From assembly GCA_018433015.1 (NCBI GenBank), contig JAHDSB010000077.1, forward strand, positions 742 to 64,741: a DNA stretch of 64,000 nucleotides, read 5' to 3'. The stretch is from Clostridia bacterium (GTDB taxonomy: Bacteria; Bacillota; Peptococcia; DRI-13; SV3-B141). A model generated the notes under the pieces. The model saw nothing but the letters and a program-made list of their open reading frames with translations, made no database searches and was not told the DNA's origin. A program made the position numbers and the translations under genes. Shown in pieces: positions 49,294-60,169 of this stretch (position 1 is the stretch's first letter; each line of letters opens with the position of its first letter).

Positions 49294-51333
49294 TTAGAAT
49301 AATGTGCCAATATCTAATATTAGGGAAACTCTACCATCACCTAAAACTGATGCTCCTGCGATACCAGGTAACCCAGTGAGCAACTTGCCCAAGGAGTTGA
49401 TGACGATTTCCTGCTGACCTACTAACTCGTCTACTACTAAGCCAATTTGTTGTTCGCCCTTTCTCACCACAACCACATACATTTCTTTCTGTTCCTTGTC
49501 CCCGGGTACGGCTAAGATATCTTTAATAAAGACTAAAGGTAATACCTTTCCTCGTAGAACCATAACTTGTTGCCCTTGAACATTTTTTATCTGTTGATGT
49601 TCAAGACTCGTAGTTTCATCAATATTACCTAAAGGTATGGCATAAATCTCTGCTTGGGTTTTAACCAATAAAGCTTGAATAATAGCCAAGGTCAAAGGTA
49701 GTTTCACAACAAATCTAGTTCCTTCACCCTCTTGAGTTTCGAGATGTATTTGTCCATTCAACGTCTGAATCTTGCTTTTAACTACATCTAATCCTACACC
49801 ACGTCCAGAAACATCTGTAACTTTTTTAGCTGTAGAAAAACCCGGCTCAAAAATAAGATTCAAGATCGTCTGCCTGTCACAATTCTCGGCCTGAGCCACA
49901 GTAAGGAAACCTTTATCAATTGCTTTTTGTTTTATTTTTTCCACATTGATTCCTTTACCGTCATCTTCTACCTCAATTATTACATGGTTACCTTCATGCT
50001 TAGCAGATAGCTTTAGCACCCCTTCTACATTTTTTTGTAATGCTAAACGTTCATCGGGTGATTCCAATCCATGATCAATAGCATTTCTAATCAGGTGAAG
50101 TAAAGGATCTCCGATTTCATCAATAACAGTACGATCTAATTCTGTTTCTTTACCTTCCAAAATCAAATTAACTTTCTTACCTAGATCTTTTGCCAGGTCT
50201 CTAACCATCCGGGGAAACCGATTAAATACCTGTTCAATACCGACCATTCGTACATTCTGTACAACACTCTGTAAATCAGTAGTGATTCGGTTTATTTGCT
50301 CTATAGTTTCATTTAAACCCGTCATTTCTTGAGAAGCATTTATTTGTTCCAATCGCGTTTTGTTTATTACCAGTTCCCCTACCAGACTCATCAACTTATC
50401 TAAGCGACCAATATCAACCCGGACTGTTTGGTGGACCTGATGCTTCTTGCCATTAGTCATAGTATCTTGCTTTTTCTGCCCTGCCCCATTAGCTTTATCC
50501 TGCTTTATTTCTTCAGCTTTAGAGGGTTCTTCGTCCTCTGTCTTTTCTACAGTTAGTTCTTTGATATTTTCTAAGGCTTCTAGTGTGACTTCAGAAATGG
50601 AGTCCAGTTTACTTTTAATCACGTTTTCGTGATGAGAAGATACGATAACTAATCCGAAACTTTTATCAAACTTTTCATCTTCGATATCTTGAACTGAAGG
50701 ATCAGACTTAATAATTTCACCAATACTTTCCATATTGCGGAAGACCATGAAGGCTCTAACACCCTTCATAAGACAGCTATCAGCTATGGAAACTTTTATG
50801 GCCCAAATCTGCATACCTTTTTCCTGGGCTGTTTTAAGCAATCTTTCTTCATATTCATTGAATTGTATATTTAAGCTATAGTCCTCTTCTTTTTCTTCTA
50901 TTTTATCATTTTCTATCTTTTCTTCCGATTTGGCCTTGGGCGAAACATAATTTTCCCCTTTTTCCAAGGCTAATAGTTCATTAATAAGTTCCTCATCCTC
51001 CAACTGAGGATTCTGTCCTTCTTTAATCATTTCTGTCATGCTCTCTAAAGCATCGACTGATCTAAAGAGACAGTTAAATATATTGGCGTTAAGATCTATC
51101 TTTCTACTACGTAATTTATCTAACAAATTTTCCATTTTATGTGTTACTTGAGCAATAGATTCATAACCCATGGTAGCAGACATACCTTTTAGTGTGTGGG
51201 CTGCCCTAAATATTTCATCTAATAAATCGAGTCGATCTGGATTAGCTTCTAGTTCTAATAGTTTTTCATTAAAACTTTGCAAATGTTCTGCTGATTCTTC
51301 CAAAAACAAATCTAAATACTGATTCATATCCAT
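49294..51333 (-). CDS. cheA: chemotaxis histidine kinase CheA
   Basis: P1 HTLKGMSATMG, N box HLIRNAIDHG, G boxes DDGKGI / GRGVGLDVV, C-terminal CheW-like P5. ATG at 51333 lies 8 nt after GGAGG. Confidence 0.95.
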   Translation of the reverse strand: MDMNQYLDLFLEESAEHLQSFNEKLLELEANPDRLDLLDEIFRAAHTLKGMSATMGYESIAQVTHKMENLLDKLRSRKIDLNANIFNCLFRSVDALESMTEMIKEGQNPQLEDEELINELLALEKGENYVSPKAKSEEKIENDKIEEKEEDYSLNIQFNEYEERLLKTAQEKGMQIWAIKVSIADSCLMKGVRAFMVFRNMESIGEIIKSDPSVQDIEDEKFDKSFGLVIVSSHHENVIKSKLDSISEVTLEALENIKELTVEKTEDEEPSKAEEIKQDKANGAGQKKQDTMTNGKKHQVHQTVRVDIGRLDKLMSLVGELVINKTRLEQINASQEMTGLNETIEQINRITTDLQSVVQNVRMVGIEQVFNRFPRMVRDLAKDLGKKVNLILEGKETELDRTVIDEIGDPLLHLIRNAIDHGLESPDERLALQKNVEGVLKLSAKHEGNHVIIEVEDDGKGINVEKIKQKAIDKGFLTVAQAENCDRQTILNLIFEPGFSTAKKVTDVSGRGVGLDVVKSKIQTLNGQIHLETQEGEGTRFVVKLPLTLAIIQALLVKTQAEIYAIPLGNIDETTSLEHQQIKNVQGQQVMVLRGKVLPLVFIKDILAVPGDKEQKEMYVVVVRKGEQQIGLVVDELVGQQEIVINSLGKLLTGLPGIAGASVLGDGRVSLILDIGTLF

Positions 51334-51345
51334 AAACAACGCCTC

Positions 51346-52440
51346 CTATCTATTTAAAGCTTGCATAATTGTATCCGCAATCTTATACAGAGGTACTTCG
51401 TGATCTATTACTCCTAATTTGTAGGCACTTTTTGGCATGCCATATACAACACAAGTTTCTGCACTTTCTCCAATAGTTACAGCACCAGCTTCTTTTAAAC
51501 TTTTCATTCCTTTAGCCCCATCAGAGCCCATACCCGTCATGATAACCCCGATCTTCGGTAAAGGAATCTTTGCAACTTTTTCCATCATTACATCGGCCGC
51601 TGGTCTATGCCCATTAACAGGTGGATTTTGATTAAGCTTAATCACATATTTACCACGTTGTTCTACAACTTCCATATGGCTGCTGCCCGGTGCCAGGTAC
51701 GCAGCTTCACCTTTGATTTCATCCCCATCTTCTGCCTCTTTAACACTGTATTCTGATATGGAATCAAGTCGCTGAGCCAAAGATTTGGTAAACCCCGGCG
51801 GCATATGTTGAACAATTAAGACAGCTGCATTGAAGCCGGTTTTAAAATGGCTCATCACCTCATGTAGAGCTTTAGGTCCCCCAGTAGATGTACCTATGGC
51901 TACAAGCTTTAGACCTTTATCACCACGATTTAATATAACTTTTTCTTCAGTAGGTTGTTTTCTTTCCTCACAGATTCGTGGTTTGGGAACTGTGCGCAGT
52001 GTTGATCTACCCATGCATTTATTTAGGGAAATACCGGCAGCACATTTTATTTTATTTATTATTTCCGGTTTTAATTGTCCGATATCTACTGAGATACTTC
52101 CCCCTGGTTTAGAAATAAAATCTACAGCGCCTTTTTCCAGGGCCTTAATTGTTGCTGAAGCTCCATTTTGAGTAAGGGCAGAAAGCATCACGACAGGCAA
52201 CGGGTGTTCTTTCATGATTTTTTCCAGCGTAGCCAGACCATCCATAACTGGCATTTCCACATCTAAAGTAACTACATCAGGACTATATTTCAATATCTTT
52301 TCGTAGGCATCTTGACCATTTCTAGCCGTAGCTACTACTTCCATTGTTTCATCACTGTTGATAATATCACTAAGGATTTTACGCATCAGTGCCGAATCAT
52401 CTGCTACCAAAACCTTAATTATGCCATGACTAGTTATCAA
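51346..52440 (-). CDS. cheB: chemotaxis response regulator protein-glutamate methylesterase CheB
   Basis: Receiver domain (VLVADDS...DVEMP) plus methylesterase (GTSTGGP, QHMP, GMGSDGA). Confidence 0.93.
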   Translation of the reverse strand: MITSHGIIKVLVADDSALMRKILSDIINSDETMEVVATARNGQDAYEKILKYSPDVVTLDVEMPVMDGLATLEKIMKEHPLPVVMLSALTQNGASATIKALEKGAVDFISKPGGSISVDIGQLKPEIINKIKCAAGISLNKCMGRSTLRTVPKPRICEERKQPTEEKVILNRGDKGLKLVAIGTSTGGPKALHEVMSHFKTGFNAAVLIVQHMPPGFTKSLAQRLDSISEYSVKEAEDGDEIKGEAAYLAPGSSHMEVVEQRGKYVIKLNQNPPVNGHRPAADVMMEKVAKIPLPKIGVIMTGMGSDGAKGMKSLKEAGAVTIGESAETCVVYGMPKSAYKLGVIDHEVPLYKIADTIMQALNR

Positions 52441-53103
52441 TTAAAGTAACCCCTTTCTCCTTAGTTCTATTTGCTTTTGGAAAACATACTGGACCAAAGC
52501 CTGAGTGTCCTTTTCGGATATACTTTTAAATTTAACTGCTAAGATATATTTTTTATCACCATGATCATCCCTTTCAGTATCGGTCCGTATTATAACTCCC
52601 GTTGCTTTAATCTGTTCATCATTAAGTGTAAAATCTAAGTTAATATCATCCTTCTTCTTGAGGGGATGGGGTTTATCTAAAACTAACATTATTCCGCCAC
52701 CGCTGATATTACGGCTTTGACAAATAATTGTCTGTATCTCTTTTTTATCATCTTCATAGCTTAATTTTACTTCCAAGCAAGTGTTTACACGAACGTGTTG
52801 TCTATTTTGAATGCGCTCCAGCTCAGTATATTTACTAATAATTATCAGAGGAACGTGGCCTTTAACAACTTCTAAAACACAGGTGGTAAATTTGTAAAAT
52901 GCACAGGCATCCCAAAAATATACATTTATGTTGGTACCTACAGGGATAAAGACAGGTAATCTATCTACGATAGGGCAGAGTAACACTATTCTATCTTCCT
53001 GTACATCATCTACCGTTGTTGTACACCTAACTATTTCATCCATATAATTATAGAATTCTATTTGTACATTTTGATCATTTCTAAGTTTTACTTTATTAAA
53101 CAT
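52441..53103 (-). CDS. PilZ-domain c-di-GMP receptor, YcgR/MotI-like
   Basis: RxxxR (RIQNRQHVR) and (D/N)xSxxG (NISGGG) motifs with an N-terminal PilZN-like domain. ATG at 53103 lies 7 nt after AGGTG. Confidence 0.8.
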   Translation of the reverse strand: MFNKVKLRNDQNVQIEFYNYMDEIVRCTTTVDDVQEDRIVLLCPIVDRLPVFIPVGTNINVYFWDACAFYKFTTCVLEVVKGHVPLIIISKYTELERIQNRQHVRVNTCLEVKLSYEDDKKEIQTIICQSRNISGGGIMLVLDKPHPLKKKDDINLDFTLNDEQIKATGVIIRTDTERDDHGDKKYILAVKFKSISEKDTQALVQYVFQKQIELRRKGLL

Positions 53104-53107
53104 AAGA

Positions 53108-54004
53108 TCACACCTGTCTAAAATAATCAGCAAATTTATTAAAAAACCTTCTAGCTTTACTTAAGTTAGATGGACCTCTGCTATTACTCAAATCCATTGC
53201 GATTCTATAAATATCTTGACCCGCTTTAGAATGCGGCGCCCCTATTATCAGTGGTTTTTGATTTCTAACGGCTTGGCCCACCTGATTGTCTTCTCTAACT
53301 GCTCCCAAATATTCTAGGGAACAACAATTTAAGAATTTTTTTGAAGCATACTGCAATTTATTATAAACATCACGGGCTTCCTCATTATTTTTGACACGAT
53401 TTACAATGATGTTTATTTTATCCTCATACCCGTGCTGTCTTATTGTCTTAATCGTTCCATATGTATCCGTTATAGATGTAGGCTCATCTGTGCAAACCAG
53501 GATAACTTCCTCTGCTGCTAAGATAAAACTTAAGACTATTTGAGATAAACCTGCACCTGTATCGACCAAAAGATAATCTCCATATTCTTCAAGGGAATTT
53601 AATTCCTTTACCAAACTATCCAATTCACTATCACTTAGATTAGCTAATTTATGCATGCCTGACCCTCCGGCAATAACGTTAAGCCCTTGGGGTCCATTAC
53701 ATACAATTTCTTTAACTGTCTTTTCTCCGGATATAACATGGGACAAATTATATTGGGGCATAATTCCCAATATAATATCTATATTGGCTAATCCTAAATC
53801 AGCATCTAAAAGTACCACATTTTTTTTTAACCTTGTGAGACCAATAGCTAAGTTAACCGCTATATTACTTTTGCCTACTCCTCCTTTGCCACTGGCTATA
53901 GTAATAACACGTATCCGTTTTTTTGCCTGCATCACCCTAGGTTCTTCCGGATTAATATTCATTTTTTTTGCTAATAACCTTAATTTTGCGGCCTGGTCCT
54001 TCAT
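53108..54004 (-). CDS. flhG: MinD-type flagellar number regulator FlhG (YlxH)
   Basis: Deviant Walker A SGKGGVGKS; position after flhF. Confidence 0.9.
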   Translation of the reverse strand: MKDQAAKLRLLAKKMNINPEEPRVMQAKKRIRVITIASGKGGVGKSNIAVNLAIGLTRLKKNVVLLDADLGLANIDIILGIMPQYNLSHVISGEKTVKEIVCNGPQGLNVIAGGSGMHKLANLSDSELDSLVKELNSLEEYGDYLLVDTGAGLSQIVLSFILAAEEVILVCTDEPTSITDTYGTIKTIRQHGYEDKINIIVNRVKNNEEARDVYNKLQYASKKFLNCCSLEYLGAVREDNQVGQAVRNQKPLIIGAPHSKAGQDIYRIAMDLSNSRGPSNLSKARRFFNKFADYFRQV

Positions 54005-54009
54005 TTTGG

Positions 54010-55182
54010 TTACTCCTTCATCAGCAATTGAGCTAGTCTAACCGAGTCTGCTATTTCCAGATCATCAGGAATGTTTTGACCATTTGTAAAATATGACAAA
54101 GGTATTTTACTGTGACAAGCTACATTATATATAGGTCCATAAAAAGATGTTTCATCTAATTTAGTAAAAATCAAACGTGTTACTTTAATATCTTTGTATG
54201 TATCAATAATATCCAGTAAATCTCGATAATTATGGGTAGATGACAATACTAAAAAGGTTTCGTCCGGTTTCGTATAATTAAATAAATCCTTTAATTCATC
54301 AATTTGTTCAGAGTTTTTATGACTTCTCCCCGCTGTGTCAATAAAAATCAAATCACAATCAGCATATTCCTTAAGGCACCCTTCCAATTGGTCATAAGAA
54401 TATACTACACCTACAGGAACATTCATAATATCTCCTATTGTCTTTAATTGCTCAACCGCCGCTATACGATAAGTATCAATAGTGACAAAAGCTACTCTTT
54501 TTTTCTTCATAATAGCGTACATACCTGCTAATTTAGAGATTGTAGTAGTTTTTCCTACACCTGTAGGGCCAACAAAAACAAAGATTCGCGGTTTTCTGGG
54601 TCTTTTACTAAAAGATATAGGCTTACAATTTTTTAACGGTTTAAGAATATTAGACATAAAGATATTTTTAAGCTGTGTTTCACTAACCTGAGGTTGAATA
54701 TTAGCTTCTTGTAGTGTGGATCGCACTATCTTTTTTGCTAAAACATCCTCCACACCTTGATTAATTAAACACGTATATAAAGGTTGTCCAAGTTTGGGAA
54801 ATTGGGCAGAAGTTGTGGCATTCTCAAGTTTACTTGACATTTCCACCATCATATGCTTCATCTCGTTTAATTCATTTGATAATCCTTGATCCACGGCTTC
54901 AGCTTTTTTATTTTGCGGTACTGTTTTACTATTTTCCCTATCATTTAATTTAAACTTATTAACCATTGACGAAATATCCCGCAGTCCCGATCTATCGGAA
55001 ATATTATCTTTTCTCGTTTCCGCCGCAGCTGTAACTTCAACATAGCTTTTCTGAAAGAAGCCGAAAATACCACCTTCTTTAAAATTGCGAGTATGAAGTA
55101 TTACTGCATTTCCTCCCATATCACTTTTTACTTTGGCTATTGCTTCTTGCATATTTTTTGCAACATAACGCTTTACTTTCAT
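54010..55182 (-). CDS. flhF: flagellar biosynthesis SRP-type GTPase FlhF
   Basis: GPTGVGKTTT, DTAGR and TKLDET motifs. Confidence 0.92.
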   Translation of the reverse strand: MKVKRYVAKNMQEAIAKVKSDMGGNAVILHTRNFKEGGIFGFFQKSYVEVTAAAETRKDNISDRSGLRDISSMVNKFKLNDRENSKTVPQNKKAEAVDQGLSNELNEMKHMMVEMSSKLENATTSAQFPKLGQPLYTCLINQGVEDVLAKKIVRSTLQEANIQPQVSETQLKNIFMSNILKPLKNCKPISFSKRPRKPRIFVFVGPTGVGKTTTISKLAGMYAIMKKKRVAFVTIDTYRIAAVEQLKTIGDIMNVPVGVVYSYDQLEGCLKEYADCDLIFIDTAGRSHKNSEQIDELKDLFNYTKPDETFLVLSSTHNYRDLLDIIDTYKDIKVTRLIFTKLDETSFYGPIYNVACHSKIPLSYFTNGQNIPDDLEIADSVRLAQLLMKE

Positions 55183-57239
55183 TAGATTTTCACCGCCCCT
55201 ACTGATTCAACTTCTAAATGAGGAGGTATTTCATTATAAGATAATACTGGAAGAGTAGGCGCAAACCTTTCAATTAATCTCCTTAAAGGTATTCTTATTA
55301 CAGGAGATACTAAGACAACTATTTGTTTGCCTAGATATCCAGTCTTTTCAATAATACTAGTTAAATTATTAATTATACCTTGAGCCGTTGCAGGGTCCAT
55401 AGCTAAGTAGGTACCTTGTTCGCTAGTTTGTATACTAGTTCTAATGGTTTCTTCAACTTGAGGATCCAAAGTTATACATGTTATTTTACCCTCAGCATCA
55501 CTATAGAGTTGTCCTATATGCAGCGCAATTTTCTCTCTAACGTAATTTGTTAATAAATCTGGATCTTTGGTAATACCTGCCCAATCACCCAAAGCTTCAA
55601 TGATAGAAGCTAAATCACGGATAGGTATTCCCTCACTTAATAAATTACCTAATATCTTATGTACTTCTGCTAAAGACAACAGATTTGGTACAACTTCCTC
55701 TACAACTGCCGGATACTCTTTCTTTAAGTTTTCTAAGAGACCTTTAACATCTTGTCTGCTCAATACTTCAGCGGCATTTTTCTTCAGGAACTCCGTGATA
55801 TGAGTAGCTAATACCGACGGAGGATCAACAACGGTGTACCCCGCTAATTCCGCTTGTTCTCTTAGATTATCACTAATCCATAAAGCAGGCAAACCAAAAG
55901 CTGGTTCTCTTGTGGGAATACCTTGCAAGCTTCCATCTCCTCCCATGGCTAGGTAATGATTAATCATAATATCACCATGGGCTAAGGGTACTCCTTTTAA
56001 TTTAAGGACATAATTATTTGGTGGCAGTTGCATATTGTCACGTATTCTAATAGGCGGAATAACAAGTCCCAGTTCCAAAGCACATTGGCGCCTGATCATC
56101 ACAACACGCTCCAAAAGATCTCCACCCTGTTTTTCATCTACAAGTGATATCAATCCATAACCTATTTCCAACTCGATAGGATCGATATGTAATAAGGAAA
56201 AGACATTTTCCGGTTTTTTTATTTCTTCTACTTCTGCCTGAGCAGCTTCCTGTTCTTCATCAGGAACAGCCGCTTTTTGTGATTTAAAGAGGGAATAAGC
56301 TAAAATAGCCAATCCGAAACCAAGAACAAAAAAGGGAGCTGTAGGTAAACCGGGTACAAGACCTAAAAATATTAAAATACCGGCGGCAATAGCTAATATT
56401 TTAGGTTGGGAAAACATCTGTCTTGTTAAGTCTTCCCCTAAACTATAATCAGAGGCTGCCCTTGTTACGATAATACCTGTAGCAGTAGATAACAGGAGGG
56501 CCGGTATCTGGCTTACCAAGCCATCACCTACTGTTAACAACGTGTAAGTTTGGGCAACTTGTCCTATGCCTACCATCTCTTTTTGCAATATTCCTACTGC
56601 CATACCGCCCAATATATTTATGATGGTAATAATAATGCTGGCAATAGCATCTCCTTTAACAAATTTACTGGCACCATCCATGGCCCCATAAAAATCAGCT
56701 TCCCTCTGAATTTTATGTCTCCTATCACGGGCTTCTTCCTCAGAAATTAAACCGGCATTTAGATCGGCATCAATGCTCATTTGTTTACCAGGCATAGCGT
56801 CTAAGGTAAAACGAGCAGCTACTTCAGCTACACGTTCTGCACCTTTAGTTATAACAATAAATTGAATAATAACTAGAATCAAAAATATGACAAAGCCAAC
56901 AAACGCATTACCGCCAACCACGAACTGCCCGAACTGTTGAATTACTTCACCGGCTTGACCATGAAGCAATATTAAACGAGTAGAAGATATATTCAATGAT
57001 AGTCGATATAGGGTCATAATTAGCAATAAAGAAGGAAATACTGAAAATTCCAAGGGTTCTTTATTATACATAGAAACTAGTAGAACAACCAGGGAACAAG
57101 TAATATTAACAACAATAAATATGTCTAGGATCCCAGGATGAAGAGGTACTATCATCAATATTACTACGGCTATAATAGCCAAGGTAACAAGTATATCTGC
57201 ATTTTTTAGCAATTTATTTATAAAAGTGCTTATTGACAT
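55182..57239 (-). CDS. flhA: flagellar type III export protein FlhA
   Basis: 685 aa; the FHIPEP region (ITKGAERVAEVAARFTLDAMPGKQMSIDADL) is canonical. TAATG coupling to flhF. Confidence 0.97.
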   Translation of the reverse strand: MSISTFINKLLKNADILVTLAIIAVVILMIVPLHPGILDIFIVVNITCSLVVLLVSMYNKEPLEFSVFPSLLLIMTLYRLSLNISSTRLILLHGQAGEVIQQFGQFVVGGNAFVGFVIFLILVIIQFIVITKGAERVAEVAARFTLDAMPGKQMSIDADLNAGLISEEEARDRRHKIQREADFYGAMDGASKFVKGDAIASIIITIINILGGMAVGILQKEMVGIGQVAQTYTLLTVGDGLVSQIPALLLSTATGIIVTRAASDYSLGEDLTRQMFSQPKILAIAAGILIFLGLVPGLPTAPFFVLGFGLAILAYSLFKSQKAAVPDEEQEAAQAEVEEIKKPENVFSLLHIDPIELEIGYGLISLVDEKQGGDLLERVVMIRRQCALELGLVIPPIRIRDNMQLPPNNYVLKLKGVPLAHGDIMINHYLAMGGDGSLQGIPTREPAFGLPALWISDNLREQAELAGYTVVDPPSVLATHITEFLKKNAAEVLSRQDVKGLLENLKKEYPAVVEEVVPNLLSLAEVHKILGNLLSEGIPIRDLASIIEALGDWAGITKDPDLLTNYVREKIALHIGQLYSDAEGKITCITLDPQVEETIRTSIQTSEQGTYLAMDPATAQGIINNLTSIIEKTGYLGKQIVVLVSPVIRIPLRRLIERFAPTLPVLSYNEIPPHLEVESVGAVKI

Positions 57240-57250
57240 ACATAACTCTC

Positions 57251-58333
57251 CTAATAGCGTTTCTTCAGCTTATATACATAGGCTATTACTTCAGCAACAG
57301 CTTGATACAAATCTACAGGTATATCCATTCCTATTTCCACTTGTTTATACAAAGTTCTTGCTAAGGGTTTATTTTCTACTATGGCTACTCCATGTTCTGC
57401 AGCGATTTCTTTTATTTTTTTAGCAATTAGATCCTGCCCTTTAGCTATAACAACGGGAGCTCCCATCTCATCTTCATATTTTAAAGCAACAGCAAGATGG
57501 GTAGGGTTTGTGATCACTACCGTAGCATCGGGAACTTCTTGCATCATACGACTCGTGGCTAATTGCCGCTGTTTCTCCTTAATTTTAGCTTTAAGTTGGG
57601 GATCACCCTCGATATTTTTATATTCTTCCTTAATTTCTTGCTTACTCATCTTGATGGAATGTTCATACTCATAAAGCTGATAAGCATAATCGAAGATGGC
57701 AATGATAAATAATACTAGAAGAACGCGCCATGTTACGGAATAAGCAATATCTCCAATTATTTTTAAGGTGTTTTCTAAATTATTATCCATCAAAACCGTT
57801 AATATCGGGAGTTTATCCCATAAGTAATTGAAAGCCACATATCCTACTAAAGCTGTTTTAAGAAGGGATTTAGTTAATTCAACTAAAACTTTTTTAGAAA
57901 ACATTCGCTTCAGACCACTAACTGGATTAATACGGTTAGGATCAAATTTAAGTGTTTCCGTAGTGAACAAAAAGCCAATTTGCATCACATTGCCCACAAA
58001 CCCGGCTAACATAGCAACTACTAGTATGGGGGCCACCATTTTAGTAACTACCAGCACTGTTTCCATAATCAACAAGCTGGCTCTTTCTATATTAAAATCA
58101 GCTTCCACAAAAGTAAAAATATGATTAGTAAACTTATGGTATTCTGCCAGCATATAAGGCACCCACAATTTAATGACAAGCATTGACAAAATGAGAACTA
58201 ACATAGAAGTTATTTCATGACTTTTGCCAACTTGCCCCTTTTTACGTGCTTCCCTTTTTCGTTGTGGAGTAGCCTTTTCTGTCTTTTCGCCTGCAAACAA
58301 CTGAATATTGAGTTTAAATAAATTTTTTTTCAT
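57251..58333 (-). CDS. flhB: flagellar type III export protein FlhB
   Basis: EKTEKATPQRKREARKKGQV N-terminus and NPTH autocleavage site (VVITNPTHLAVAL). Confidence 0.95.
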   Translation of the reverse strand: MKKNLFKLNIQLFAGEKTEKATPQRKREARKKGQVGKSHEITSMLVLILSMLVIKLWVPYMLAEYHKFTNHIFTFVEADFNIERASLLIMETVLVVTKMVAPILVVAMLAGFVGNVMQIGFLFTTETLKFDPNRINPVSGLKRMFSKKVLVELTKSLLKTALVGYVAFNYLWDKLPILTVLMDNNLENTLKIIGDIAYSVTWRVLLVLFIIAIFDYAYQLYEYEHSIKMSKQEIKEEYKNIEGDPQLKAKIKEKQRQLATSRMMQEVPDATVVITNPTHLAVALKYEDEMGAPVVIAKGQDLIAKKIKEIAAEHGVAIVENKPLARTLYKQVEIGMDIPVDLYQAVAEVIAYVYKLKKRY

Positions 58334-59106
58334 GCCAGTGACCTAATAATCATGTAAATACCATTAATCATATTTTCAATTAATGAATTAAGTAAATAAA
58401 CATATAGTGGTATTGTGACAAGTAAAATTAGAAAACCTAAGATGATTTTTGCAGGCATTCCCACCATAAATACATTCATTTGCGGTATAGATTTAGCCAT
58501 TATCCCCATAACTATATCTACTATTATTAAAGAACCCACTATAGGGATAGATAGCTTCAAACCGATAAGAAAGATATTACCGAAGAAAAATACAACAAAA
58601 TTATAAAAATCACCATGGAAATTAACATGGCCAATAGGAATAAAATTATAGCTATCAAATAAAGCTTGTAAAAAAAGATGATGACCATTTATTTGTAAGT
58701 ATACAAGCATGGCTAAAATAAATTTAAAACTCCCCAAGATTGGCGCTTGCGTTCCGCTCATAGGATCTAAAACGTTCATAATACCAAAACCCATCTGTGT
58801 ATCGATTAGCTGGCCTGCCAACTGAACTGCTGCAAAAAAGAACAATGCTATTAATGATAAGATCATCCCAATCATAAGTTCTACTATTATCACTAAAATA
58901 TATTGCAAAGTGTTAGTAGGAACTGTATAAGTATCTAAAATTCCCAACTGCCATATAAAATAGGTAAACATTAGTACTAGCGCAACTTTCCAAGGTCGAG
59001 GAAAGTTTTTTGTATTAAATACAGGTGCTAAAGCTAACCCTGACATGCGAGCAAGAATTATTAGAAATTTATCAGTTTCCTGTAGTAAGTTTAATAAAAT
59101 ATCCAT
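58330..59106 (-). CDS. fliR: flagellar export protein FliR
   Basis: Polytopic membrane protein, 258 aa, between fliQ and flhB with ATGA coupling. Confidence 0.9.
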   Translation of the reverse strand: MDILLNLLQETDKFLIILARMSGLALAPVFNTKNFPRPWKVALVLMFTYFIWQLGILDTYTVPTNTLQYILVIIVELMIGMILSLIALFFFAAVQLAGQLIDTQMGFGIMNVLDPMSGTQAPILGSFKFILAMLVYLQINGHHLFLQALFDSYNFIPIGHVNFHGDFYNFVVFFFGNIFLIGLKLSIPIVGSLIIVDIVMGIMAKSIPQMNVFMVGMPAKIILGFLILLVTIPLYVYLLNSLIENMINGIYMIIRSLA

Positions 59107-59118
59107 TGTATCTTTTTC

Positions 59119-59388
59119 CTAGCGCATTAGATTAGGAATTGAATGGATAAGATTAGTAGTAAAACTTATTAAAATATTGAGCATCCAGGGACCAAAAATA
59201 ATCAGCGTAATCAAGACCATTACAATTTTAGGTACAAAAGTTAAAGTTTGCTCTTGTATCTGTGTAGTAGCCTGAAAAACACTTATTAACAGACCCACTA
59301 TTAAACTACAAGCCAAAAGTGGGCCTGAGATAAGCAATATGGTGTAAACTGCTTCTTTTCCGATATATATAATATAATTTTGTGTCAT
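59119..59388 (-). CDS. fliQ: flagellar export protein FliQ
   Basis: 89-aa product from the ATG at 59388 (AGGTGG 8 nt upstream); LISVFQATTQIQEQTLTFVPK motif. Confidence 0.9.
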   Translation of the reverse strand: MTQNYIIYIGKEAVYTILLISGPLLACSLIVGLLISVFQATTQIQEQTLTFVPKIVMVLITLIIFGPWMLNILISFTTNLIHSIPNLMR

Positions 59389-59410
59389 TCCAAAAACCAC
59401 CTAATATTTT

Positions 59411-60169
59411 TTAGCGAAAACTCATAACAAGGGTTTCCACAACTAGATGCCATCCATCAACTAAGATAAATAGCAATATTTTAAACGGTAACGATATCAT
59501 CATCGGCGGTAGCATCATCATTCCCATAGACATGAGGGTACTAGCTATAACCATATCAATTACGATAAACGGTATGTAGATTATGAACCCCATCTGAAAA
59601 GCAGTTTTAAGTTCACTAATAGCAAAGGCCGGTATTAAAGCATAAGTAGGAACATCCTCTACTGTATTGGGTTGAGGCATTTTTGATAAGTTTACAAATA
59701 AGGCCAAATCCTTTTCTCTCGTTTGTTTAATCATAAATTCTCGCATAGGTTGAACAGCTTTGCTAAGAGCTTCCTCCTGAGCTATTTCCCCCTGTAGATA
59801 TGGTTGCAAGGCATTTTCATTAACATCACTCCATACCGGTGCCATGGTGAAAAATGTCAAGAAAAGGGCCAGACCTATTATAACCTGATTAGGCGGCATT
59901 TGCTGGGTAGCTAAGGCATTACGTAAAAAAGAGAGCACTACTACTATGCGAGTAAATGAAGTCATTAAAATAAGAATAGCAGGGGCTAAACTTAAAATTG
60001 TCAAAAGGGCAATTATTTGTAGAGATAAGGCTACATCCTGGGGATTTTCTGAAGAACCAATATCCAATCCTATTTTAGGTATTGCAAGAGGAGCAGCATC
60101 TACAGCCGTAGTAAATATTATTAATAAAAGTACAACTACTAAGATAATGTGTATTTTTTTATTTCTCAT
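59411..60169 (-). CDS. fliP: flagellar export protein FliP
   Basis: Signal peptide plus [26 protein letters not shown] and [14 protein letters not shown] motifs. Confidence 0.95.
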   Translation of the reverse strand: MRNKKIHIILVVVLLLIIFTTAVDAAPLAIPKIGLDIGSSENPQDVALSLQIIALLTILSLAPAILILMTSFTRIVVVLSFLRNALATQQMPPNQVIIGLALFLTFFTMAPVWSDVNENALQPYLQGEIAQEEALSKAVQPMREFMIKQTREKDLALFVNLSKMPQPNTVEDVPTYALIPAFAISELKTAFQMGFIIYIPFIVIDMVIASTLMSMGMMMLPPMMISLPFKILLFILVDGWHLVVETLVMSFR

